64,000 bases of DNA, taken from the NCBI RefSeq assembly GCF_052425735.1, contig NC_135758.1, positions 34,844,001 to 34,908,000 of the forward strand, written 5' to 3'. Below are positions 26,001 through 37,045 of the stretch, piece after piece; the stretch's first letter is position 1; each line of letters opens with the position of its first letter. The DNA is from Oculina patagonica (Eukaryota). A program made the position numbers and the translations under genes. The notes under the pieces were generated by a model, which was given only the letters and a program-made list of their open reading frames with translations, had not been told where the DNA came from and searched no databases.

Positions 26001-29000
26001 GCTCAGATCCACCTGCAGTAGACAGGCAATCATCTCCCCTAGGACAAGTATTACGCTCCTTGCCGCAATTTAAATTTGCTTTTCTCAAATTAAGCACGCA
26101 TCTTTACTAGAAAGTTCAATGGTGTACAATAACCAAAGCGCAGATCTGATAAACTTACAAATTCTTTTAGCTTCTCCATAGTGTTTTTCTTCAGGGTGTT
26201 TGTGATCTTCGCCAAAGCGTAACCTCCACTGGAAGAAACCTTCAAGATATCTACATGAAAAGAACAAAAATGGTCACGCAAGATATATCACCAACCACCG
26301 CCTGGTTAGCTCAGTTGGCAGAGCGCCGGACTGCTGTGCGGGAGGTCGAGGGTTCGAACCTCTAGACCGGACCAACATTCAGGGTCTTAAAATAACTGTG
26401 AAGAGAACGTGCTGCCTTTGTAATTACATCTGCAAATGGTTAGACATTCTAGTCTTCTCGGAAAAGGACGATAAACTGTAGGACCCGTATCCTGTATCCT
26501 CAGTCTTATAACAGGGGACGTTACGGTTTAAGAGCCCACACACTATTCGCAAAGAGTAGGGCACGAAGTTCCCGGTGTTGTGGTCTGACCTTAATGTGTA
26601 GTAAATTACAGTATGTGTACAGCGCATTTGAACATATACATATGGAAAATGCACTATGTATAAATGCATTATCATTATCATTATTAGTAGTGAGCGTAAC
26701 ATAAGTAAACGTATTTGTGTGACATAGTGAACTGAGTTGGTAGTGAAAGTCACAGCCGTTACTAGGATAGTCACGTCACACAACGCCTCCTTTGTTCAAA
26801 AATACAAAATGTGAACATTTCAGAATAAACAATTTTAGTTTTATTTTACCACAAACTGCTTGTAGAACTTGTGACGTCATAGCCAGAGTCCCGTCAGGGT
26901 CCCAGTGGGGAAACACAACAAATGGATCTTTGTCATGTGCACCATCTTTTTGGAAGTCGAATCCGAGGAACGCAATGAACTCTGTAGCGCAAGGGGCCTC
27001 CAGAACATGGGAGCTTAGCTGTGCACACATGGTAAAGTCCTCCGTCAAAAGGAGCTCGGGGTGGTGATATGATAAGAGCATTTGATGGGCCAACTGTACC
27101 TAGTGTGAGTTAAACAAAACAAAAACATGAAAAGTGCTGAGAAAAGATTATCGTTCCTTGACAGTGCAAAATAAATGTTTAGTCAAGGTGAGTTTCTTCC
27201 ACATTTAAATATAATGCACTGATGATTGTTATTTATACTAACGGAAACAAGCCAGCAGGGGATCTAGGGGAGGGGCCCTAGCGTTTTGTCCCCCTTATTG
27301 TTGAAACGTACAAGGGCCCCTTAACTTCGCCTCCCCTCCCCTTTTTTAAGCAACTCTGGATCCCCCTGGAACCCTGGCTGCATTTTGAAAAACGATCAGT
27401 TTTTGTCAATAGTGTTTTATCAAGCAGAAAAGTTGGTAAAACCATTGACTGGCTCCTCGCTGACGTCTCAAATATCAGAGATGAACTTAAGATGTCATAG
27501 ATCAATCAGGGAAGTCGGCGGTGAAACCCATGAAAGTCACACATATGAATGTTGTGGAATTTTTTCCTGCCCTTTCCAGTCAGAGATGTCTCCTTTGGCA
27601 CAAAGTGCTTTAGTATACTATTGAGGGGGGTGAGGGGGCGGGGGAATGTATGCAGCAGCAAACGTCACAGTGGATGTGAAGTTGATTCATTTTCTTACCA
27701 CATCTTTGAGAGCTGGCAGTACATGTGGCAAACCACTGTGCTGTTGCAGGAGCTGTGTCAGCAATTCTTGAAATCTTTTCATTTTAACTGCAACTGATGG
27801 AACTGTGAAAAAGATCCTTGTGTTAAAAGGTATAAAGTAGAAGAAACTTCCACACTTCCAAATGCAACAAATGCTGGGTCAAAAAAGCCACCCTTGATTC
27901 AAAGTCCAGTGCCCTTATCTGAAAACTGGAAGTTACACATCAGCAGTCTTTGTGACTGTGTTACTTGTCAAATTTAGAAGAAAAAGTTACCTCACTCCAA
28001 AACTGTATTAGGGAGTTTAAATTAGTTAAATGCTATGTAGAAGTTTCTGTTGTTTTTCTTTTTTTTCGTCCTCCCTTGGTTTAGTGAGGAATGGTGGCCT
28101 AATGGTTCAGTGTGTTGGACTCTAGACAAAGAAGTCAGGCTTCGAGCCAAAGCCTCTTTTTTTTTTTTTTTTTGGGGGAGGGGGGGGGAGAGTTATCTTC
28201 TGTTTTGTTTTTTCCCCTAGCAGTTGAGCACTGGGCTGTTGACACATCTGATTCTGAAAAGGGTTAGCTTTACTTTTACTTGGCACATTATTTGTTTAAC
28301 CTTTGTTGTCCAGTGTTTCTGTTGTGACAAGAGGAAACCTCTCAGGGGAGGACCTCTTCACCACTCGATCCAGTACCCCATTAAACAGCTGATGTCTTAA
28401 CTTCATTAAATTCACTGGAGTGTCAAATCCAACATGAACAAATGACGCCCAGGAGTCTGGGGATGACATATGCTCTACACTTCTCACTTGGGTCCAGGCC
28501 TCCTTCAGAGATTCACTGACAGTTTTACCCTAAAGACAAAGTTCAGGAACAGCAGATGTTAGATTTACATAACTTTAGAAAAAGACCAGTAAACAACTTA
28601 TTATATGAGAGAGTGTTTTACTGACACCACTTGTGATTCCTACGCCACTCCATCCGGGACCCGAGTGCGTTTTCCGTGACACCTTGGAGTGACTCGCTCT
28701 TCGTCCGATTCGCGCTTGTGTTGCACGACACGAAGTTTTGTCCCATGACGCCCCATTTTGAGGGATCTCCAAGGACCGCGCCTCAAAGAGTATTTGGGCG
28801 ATAGATGTAACTGTCTTAAAAAAGGGTAAAACGTTCCCCATGGAGACCCCGGCGGAGGACGCTAGGAGGAGAAGGAGGGAGCCCGAGGGTGGGACAGGGG
28901 AGGAGGGCAGCCGAGAATGCGACTACAGGGGGAAGGCCACGAGACCGTTGGAGGTAGTGGAAGTGGGGGGACCCCCACACAACTCGCCGACGGGAGACCC

Positions 29001-32000
29001 CCCCAGGAGCCGCGTGACCCGCCCCAGTTCGATGTTGTTTTTCGCAGAACCCAGCAGAAAAGAAGTGGAGTAGGGTCGCTCAAGTTGAGTGGAGCCGTGA
29101 GACGCCCCGCACCAATAGGAGAGTGAGGGAGGGGCGACGGGCGACACGAGATTGCGCCCCGTCCCAGGGAGGAGGAGGGGGGGGGAGGGGAGCGGCGGAC
29201 CGTGAGGTCCCCCCGGAAAGAGACGGAGAGAAGGGTCCAGGAGGTTCTCGCCACGTGTAATATCCTCTATTTACACGTAATTAGGTACAAGTTTTTTTCT
29301 TAAATTGTGGTTTTGAAATTTACTTGAAATGTAATCAGTTCACATGTTATCTAAAATCTAACCTTTAAACTTGTTAAAATACGAAATGTGCTTAAGCCTT
29401 AGTTCTTAAAGAATAAAAAGTATTGAAAACACCTATATACCTAAATGTCCAAGTAGTATGAAAAATAAATAGGTTTACATGTATCACATTTTCCTTTTTT
29501 AAATATACATGTACAATCAAGACTATATGCTATGTACATACCATTTCCAAACCAGAGTAGAACTTGTAAAACAGGTTTAGCAGTGCAGCCTGAGGGGCAG
29601 ACCACAGCGGCATCACCACAGACTGCACACCAGCTGCCAAGAGAGCTGTTGCCAAATGGAAGCTTGCATGCTTTAATTGACAATACTGGTGGCCACACCC
29701 ACAACATGCATTCAACACGACAAGCTTAGTTGACACTTTCAACAGAGCAATGTCTGACACCGTAACCAAGAACGACTCTTTTGATGAAGGGTTGCCATGG
29801 TGATGAATTGCCGGGGACAGTGCTATGGATGCCTCTGGCCAGCTTCCATATGTCGCCAAATGAACCACAGATGTTTCAGGCAGCGTCTTCAGGAAGTGTT
29901 CCTTGGTTGCTTGGCAACCACTGATTGGATCCACCCCTAGCAGCGAAGCAATCATGTTTACCTCCTCTTCTGCTAGATCTGATTGGTTCTTTGGACTCCA
30001 GATCTTTCCATTGAAATCTACACTTGTAATCTCTGGATTTCCTTGTACAAGAATCTTTGGAGAATCTTGCACTTGGTTTTTAGCATTGGGTGAATGTTCG
30101 GCTGCTTTGGTTTTCTGTGAAACTGCTCTAATACAAGGTAGAATGCGGACATTAAACTCTTCATGCAAGAACTTCCCTTCTTGGTCTTGCAAACAAGGAA
30201 AAGGAACTGAATTAACTTCCAGATCTGGAATAATTACAAGTTCATTAACACCATTCCCAAGTTCAATTTTCAGCTCATCCTCCACTTGACTCAAAAGCAA
30301 ATGATACAACTTTTGAAGTGGTGTGAGTTTAGTAGAGTAAAGGAACTCACAAGAGTAGCAAGATTTTTGGCTCTTCATTTCATCTGATGACTCACTGAGC
30401 TTTCCCGTAACTGCATCTGGTAATGCTCGATGGTCACAATTGTAGCTTCCTTTGCAAGTACCGTGTAGCTCTTCGATGCACAATTTAATTTTGTTAACAA
30501 AGGTAGAATGACCACAGCTCTTGTGCCAGTGACATTTCACAATGCCTTTCCCTGGCGACAGCATCCACAAGAGGAAACCAGATGGAATTGTAGAGAAGAA
30601 CAAAAGTATTGCTTGTTGAGAGTTAACAATGTCAACAATATCCTTTGCTGAGTATGGCGTGACAAGAGGTTCAGAAGACAGTGATAATGAGGACTCTGCC
30701 ATTGCAAGAATGTTCTGATGTCTTAAAATGTTAACAAGAATTCTTGATCTACAATGTTCAGCAATTTCCAATGCCTCCTCTTCTAAATTCATTTCAATTA
30801 AAGCCTCTTGCAAGTCCTTGTAACACTGATCCAGCTTTTCAAGCAAAGGATCTTTATAAATCAAACTCTTTCCATACTTTGACAACAGTTTGTCTTCTAA
30901 GACTGGAATGGCCTTGTTGAAGTACTGCCAAGAGGTTTCAAAATTTCTCATCGATTTTGTTATCTGCGCAAGGGCAAGCCTGCACTCTAACTCCTCTTCC
31001 AAATCACTGTGCTCCACTGCCAACTTCAAACACATCTCGTAATAATATTGAGCATGGTGAAACTGATGAAGCTCCCTGTAGCATGCGGCAACAAGGCTGA
31101 ATGCTTTGTACTCCAGCTCCTGCATCTTGTTCACCCTGGCCAGCTGAAGGTGCTGCTCAAAATAACTAAGAGCTTTGGTGTGTTCGCCCATGAGTTTATA
31201 CAGACATCCAAAGTTCCTAAATGCCATAAGTTCTGAGACTTTATCATTCAAGCTCTGTGCAAGCTGCAAGTGCTGCTCATGATTGACAGTTGCCAATTTA
31301 AAGCTCCCCATGTTTGCATATACTGTGCCGACGTTACCATAGGCATAAGCTGCACCGTGACGATCATCAAACTTTTTACAAAGCTGCAGCTCAATTTTGT
31401 GGCATTCCAAAGATTTTTCGTAGTTTCCTTGTAAGAGTTCAAGATCACCAAGGTTTGCATATGCTGTGGTCAGGTTCTCTTGGTCAATAAACTTCAACAC
31501 TTCCATGTACTCCTGTGCATGGACCAAAGCTTTCTTGTAGTCTCCCATGAGTTTGTAGGCTGCAGATAAGTTCCATACTGCTCTACGTTCAACATCACTG
31601 TTCCAGTATTCCTGGTACGTTTCTCTGTCCTCGTTGCTATTTTGCAGATCTCTTCCAACTGCTAACAGCTTGCCATTGTAAGACACAGCTTGGACATACT
31701 GTGTGAGTGTGTGATAGATATTTGCAAGTTTTACGTAAGACTTGATTTCATATTCTCTGTCGTTGAAATCTAAAGCTATGGAAAGACACTTTCTTGCAAC
31801 AGACAGTGCTTCAGTGTAATGGTACAGGCTGTAATGAGCTTCACTCAAGATGAGCAGCGCCATCATCACTGCTCTGCTATTCTGGGATGACACTCCACCA
31901 TGATCCACACTCTTTCTCCCATCTCCAAATACCTGGCTACCAGTTGCGAGATATATAGATGAAAACCCAGAGACTGGATTGGGAAGTGTTGACTGCAACT

Positions 32001-33903
32001 CATCAGCAACATGGTTGCAACTTGCAGGATCCTGGTCTGTCTCCTTTAAATCTTTGTTACCAAAAAGGTTTGCAATGCTCGCTTGTGAATACAACAGCTG
32101 TTCATTCCAGCCGTAATGTGCTTTCAAAGCTGTTGAGATGACACTGATGCAGATTTTGTAATTTCCAGTTTCGTACAACCTTTTTCCAAGTTGAACAAAT
32201 CTCTCAAATTTTTGAAAGCTTGCACCTGAAATTAATCAGTTAAAATTAATTTGAGATTTTTTTTTTATTATAAATAAAGATACCCTTTAGCTAAATCCTT
32301 AGTAGTGAATTTAGTGAGCAATGGAAAATCCTGGAGAGGAGGCTTGAAAAGATTCAATTTAGGTGTTGTGAATCTCTGATCGACATTTATATAGTAACAC
32401 TCAAAGAAAGAAATTTACCTGTAACTTATATGGTATGTATTACGTACGTATCATGTATAAATAAAAGATAATGCTCAGGTCTAAAATTAATGACGTCCTT
32501 GCACATCTCTGTTACCTTTTGCCAAGCCACCCCTTTTTAATTTTGGCTGAATTATAAATTATCATCAAGTTACACCCGGGGGGGGGGGGGGGTCTCTTTT
32601 TGGGGGTTTAATTTTTTTTTTTTTTTTTTTTTTTTTATAAAAAGAATGGGGGGGGGGCCCCCCCCCCCCCCCCCCCCCCCCACACCCTTCTTCCCTGCAG
32701 ATACTAAAGGTAAACTAAAGTATTCCACACCTATTCAGTTCCTTTACTTTTAATTCTTTATCTAGGGATCACAAATCTTACCTTGGTCGGAGAGAGTGAG
32801 CTCCTCTGTTTCTGACATTTGACAGATACATCCAACAGCTTCAATAATCCTTAACAGAAGCTCAGTAGGCTGTGCTGTGTCCAACTCATAAGCCTTGAGG
32901 TACGACTTTAAACATTCTCTGTAGTTTCCAAGGTTTTCAAGTGAGACAGCTCTCAAGAAGTGGCCCTGCAGACCAAATTATATTGATAACTATTAACCGG
33001 TCACGGTCTATAGCTACCTAAGGGCCCAAAAAAGGCGGTGAGAGAGGAGTGGAAAGGGTACACATTATAGTGAACAAGACAGAGAGGTCTTACCTGAAAG
33101 GGGTACCTCTTTCAGGCTGGAGGTGTATATGTTGTGGTTTAACTTTATCTTTGGTTTAAAATTTCTCAAACCAGTTTGATTTTTACTATCATTTCACATT
33201 TATTATCACGATCTGAAATAATGGCAAATGGAAATCAGAGCAGTTTGAAAAATTTTAAAGCAACATTTACCATAACCAGCAAACGCTAGTCATGTAGTTA
33301 AGTATCTCAGCTAATTATTAAAAAAAAAAAAACATTGCCAGTTCTTTAATTTAGCAACTTTATTAAGAGTTAAGCTTTGGTTTGCAAGTCTAATTAACAA
33401 TGAATCCAAAAAGTTCTTACCTTTGGTTTGTGTGGAATGATACTTATAAGACTTTCAGCATCTTTCTTGGATTCATTAAACATGCCTAACTTGGCATATA
33501 CTGCTGATCTACAGCCAAGAACATCTTCATCATCAGGCGACAGGGTCAAAGCATCAGAGTAGAAACTGATGGCTTGAAGGAACTGGTCATTTTGAAATGC
33601 TTTATCACCCTTGATGGAAAGTGCTTTGAACTGAAAATTTATACAAATTTAGTTTTTCTTTCATTTTAATAAAACCACCAAATGAAATCTTAGCATACTT
33701 GGCTAAGTCCTTCTCTCTGCAGTAAAAGAACGATCTATTAATTATCAATTATTTTAATTAATTATAATTGATATTTATAAAAAAAAATAATAATTGATAT
33801 TTATTAGACTACATGCAGAGTTTTTTTTGAATGAATAGTATGAGGACTGTGTTGATTATATTCTCTTTAAAGTTGGAATGGGGAAATGGTGTTTGTTTTT
33901 TTT

Positions 33904-33967
<64 letters not shown>

Positions 33968-34530
33968 TTATTTTAAAATTTTCAGTCTGCAGAGTATGGC
34001 AAGTTCGTGCGCGAGCCTTTTCTCTAATTTTTTTGCCACACCGGTTCGTTTCGGCAGCATGACCATGCACACTTGAGTTCCTGACTACCGGTCGTATTGC
34101 ACGCAGTGCACGCCGCTAGAAATGGCTCTGCATGCATGAGATCACATCGAGTTCCACCATACTCTTCAGACTGGCCAGAGACAATTAGCACTTTTACCAC
34201 ACCCACATCATTTAAACCCATATAACAAACTAAATGCTGGTTTTCAGACCCTTTCTAGTTTCTTACAGCTTGGACATTTAATCTTCTATGCCTTTTCTGC
34301 TTATTTCATACGCCTAGAGCCCCAATACTGTACCCCTTTTGATCTTGAGCAGGCTGAACCCCCTTACACCAGTCCTGGTGTTAGAATATCTAAAGTGAGA
34401 AATGAACTAAAAGATACGCTTTAGCTCTACTGAAATAATTTACTAAACTATCTATGGCCTGCTGGCCAGCTTTGAACAAATTAGGAAAGATTTTAAGCTA
34501 CGTTTAGAACAATTCACTTACCTTTTCCAT
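23064..34530 (-). CDS. TTC28-like TPR + CHAT domain protein, ~1500 aa, about 14 exons
   Basis: Exons include 34522-34530 (MEK), 33421-33630 (TPR: KGDKAFQNDQFLQAISFYSDAL), 32782-32965, 29542-32225 (TPR array AYANLG/AYGNVG; CHAT motifs LVIIPDLEV..VPFPCL, HLATYG, LVVLNACC, VVMPLWS), 28301-28529 (PDSWASFVHVG), 27699-27802, ~26852-27099, ~26157-26250, 25522-25723, ~24734-24802, ~24365-24441, ~24180-24258 and a terminal exon ending at TAA 23064. Confidence 0.88.
23650..24080 (+). repeat. Dispersed repeat with terminal hairpin; second partial copy at ~60715-60815
   Basis: AAACAGTGGA.AGCG...GCGCGCTGATTGGCTACTCAAACT occurs at both loci; ACAACTATTCACC...GGTGAATAGTTGT inverted repeat at ~24004-24075. 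Confidence 0.65.
25850..26065 (+). mobile_element. Degenerate copy of the CORE-like SINE, in a TTC28-like intron
   Basis: GGTGGCCTAATGGTTAGTGCG...GTCTTGGGCAAGCATTT...CCTCTCTCCC resembles 5766-6050. Confidence 0.55.
26298..26690 (+). mobile_element. tRNA-derived SINE with Deu/Nin-like domain and LINE-like 3' tail
   Basis: tRNA head with A box TAGCTCAGTTGG and B box GGTTCGAACC; central GGAAAAGGACGATAAACTGTAGGACCCG...AGAGCCCACACACTATTCGCAAAGAGTAGGG...CCCGGTG; tail ending TATAAATGCATTATCATTATCATTATT. Confidence 0.75.
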
Positions 34531-35060
34531 ACTTGAAATGACTTTTTTGAAAAAATAATAAGTTCAAGAGACTATCAAGGAATTCAACAAGTCAACTACT
34601 TTAGAAACCACAAAATGATAGCCATTTGCAGAAGAAAATTGGAAAAAGGAAAAACCTAATTGAGATTTTCAACTTATTAAACTTAAATTTGTATAGTTCA
34701 TTGAATAAAAAGACAACATTATCACCAATAATCACATAAACTCCACATAAATAGTCTTGTTTACAATCTGACACGATCACTCCGCCATCTTGATTTGCTT
34801 AGCAACCAACCATACTCGGCCCTAGTCTCTTTCCTTCAAATTAGTAGCGCCTTGCAAGAATTAGCCTTTTGCCTGCTCATAAGTGTTAAATTTTTAATAA
34901 GACTCTTTTCTTTTGATTTTAAGACCATTTCACTCGACAAAGGTGCACCTTACCTCAAGCCACATTGAATTATACGTCTGTGCGACTTCGTGAAACGAAA
35001 TCGCTATTTCATTGTTCAACTACCCAAAGATTCCGTGGTTTCATTGTCTTCAACAAAACT

Positions 35061-35906
35061 ATGGCAGCTAAACGGATTTTAGCGATCATTCTTGTTTTGT
35101 CTCTGGGTTTCTTTTGTTTTCTCAAAAGCGAGGAAGTAGCGACAGATGGCGACTTGGATGACTTCCGAAAGTGGTTTGATGACCACGGTGGAAGATGCCG
35201 TTGCAGATTCATGAGAAACAAAGACTACAAGTTCACTGCGGTGGCTGACAGACGGATTGTGGAAAAGGAGTCAATTCTTATGGTCCCTCAGTCTCTACTT
35301 GTAAATTCTGCCACTGTTGAAAGGTACCATATCATTATTTCCAGTTATCATTAAAATCTGATTGCTATTTATGTGGAACAAGAATTGTTTCCTCTTTAAA
35401 ATCAAAGGTAGATCAGGGAACTTTTTACAGTAGTGAGTTTGTGGTGAAGCTGAAAACGTGCTTTGACCTTGTTAGTTAAGTCACTGATCATGTGTGACAG
35501 TACATGGTGCCCTCAAAAGTACCACAGGTAAAGCCTGACTTGGTGGTACCGTTAACAAAAACAAAAACTCCCAAAATATCCAAATCTGGGAGATTTCTAA
35601 TTTCATGTTAAATTACCTCTTGAAGAAGCCAGAAAATAGTGAAAAATAGTCAACCATAAAATTAAAAAAAAAACACTTTAAATAATCAAAATTCTCCCTT
35701 GTATTATTCAAAATATACCAACAATAAGTGTAAAACTCGGTAGGTATTTCTAGCACTTTTGTTTTCCAGTGGGTTGAAGTGACCTGTACAGGAGACTGGG
35801 AGATCTGGCCTTTATCCAGGAAACTCCCAGATAATCTAGAGCAGCTGGCATGTGAACTTTAAGTTGTGTCTCCCAGCCAGAAAAAAAAAAAAAAAAAAAA
35901 AAAAAA

Positions 35907-35939
<33 letters not shown>

Positions 35940-36994
35940 TATTTTTAGCCTTGTAATTTTTGCAATCCATTTAATCTTAGCTGGTATCCAAAGCCACTTG
36001 TTACCAACAACACCTTAACAAATGTTTTTGTTTGAAGGAAAATATTCACAAACTTTTGTTTTTATTTCAGTTCAATGATAGGGCCAACCCTTGAGCAGTT
36101 TTCTCTTGTGGAACATCAGATCCTCAACCGTCCAGATTACATGGAGCGACGTGTGATGCAGTTGATGCAGTTGGCCGTATTTGTTCTCTATTCTGTTCAC
36201 ACAAGAGATGAACAGTGGCTTCCTTACTTCAAGATTCTTACAAATCATAAATGTGATGCACTGTGGATGTGGAGTGAAGAGGAGCTGAAAGAGCTTCAAG
36301 ATGAGAAATTGGCTCAGAGAGCTCTCAAGTGGAAGAAGATGGTTGATATGCTTGCTGCCAACATCACACCAAAGCTGAATAGCTTTGGCTTGTTTGCTGG
36401 AAAAGATCTTGATCAAGAGACTTTGGTAAGATTCCAATCAGAACTTTATTTTAAATTCATTACTGTAGTTGAAAAACAACTAGAAAAAAAAAACAACCTC
36501 TATGCCCCCCCACCCCCCCCCCCAAAAAGAAAAGAAAAGAAAAGAAGAAAAAATAATAAGGAGGACATGAGCCCATGACTTAGTGATAATGGAAAGGTGC
36601 AAATGTTCTACCAGATCAGCTATATATGAAGGCACTGGGAGCAAGCTTCTTTATAATATTTTTGTTTTTGTCATCTATAACACTCATTTGGCGAGTAAAT
36701 ACTTTCAAATGGCCATTAATTATTTTCACGGTCGGCAGTTTAATAAAACACGCCATTTCTTTTTAGTGCTGAAACCACAGCACCGCAAGACGATTCATGA
36801 GTGAAACTAGGTGAATGCAGTCAGCGCCTGTGCCAGATATGGGCGAAGTTGGCGCATAGTTTGTCTCAATATTTATTTTCGGGTTCCTGATAAATTGTTA
36901 ATTCTATAAAATGGAAAAAAGGATATTCCCAAAATATCAAGGAAATTTTTCAATTTTTTTTTTTGTTTTTTGTTTTTTTAAGAATATTTTTTTT

Positions 36995-37045
<51 letters not shown>

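Noticed and set aside
26298-26372. tRNA gene
   Set aside because: A and B boxes are present, but it continues into a Deu-like SINE body and tail and lacks a proper acceptor stem; it is a SINE head.
32575-32680. Long poly-G/T/C tracts (also ~23760-23890, 33900-33975, 35880-35945, 36950-37075, 39510-39640, 60800-60920) as G-quadruplex or regulatory elements
   Set aside because: The pattern (homopolymer followed by low-complexity echo, adjacent to gaps) is typical of sequencing or assembly artefacts.
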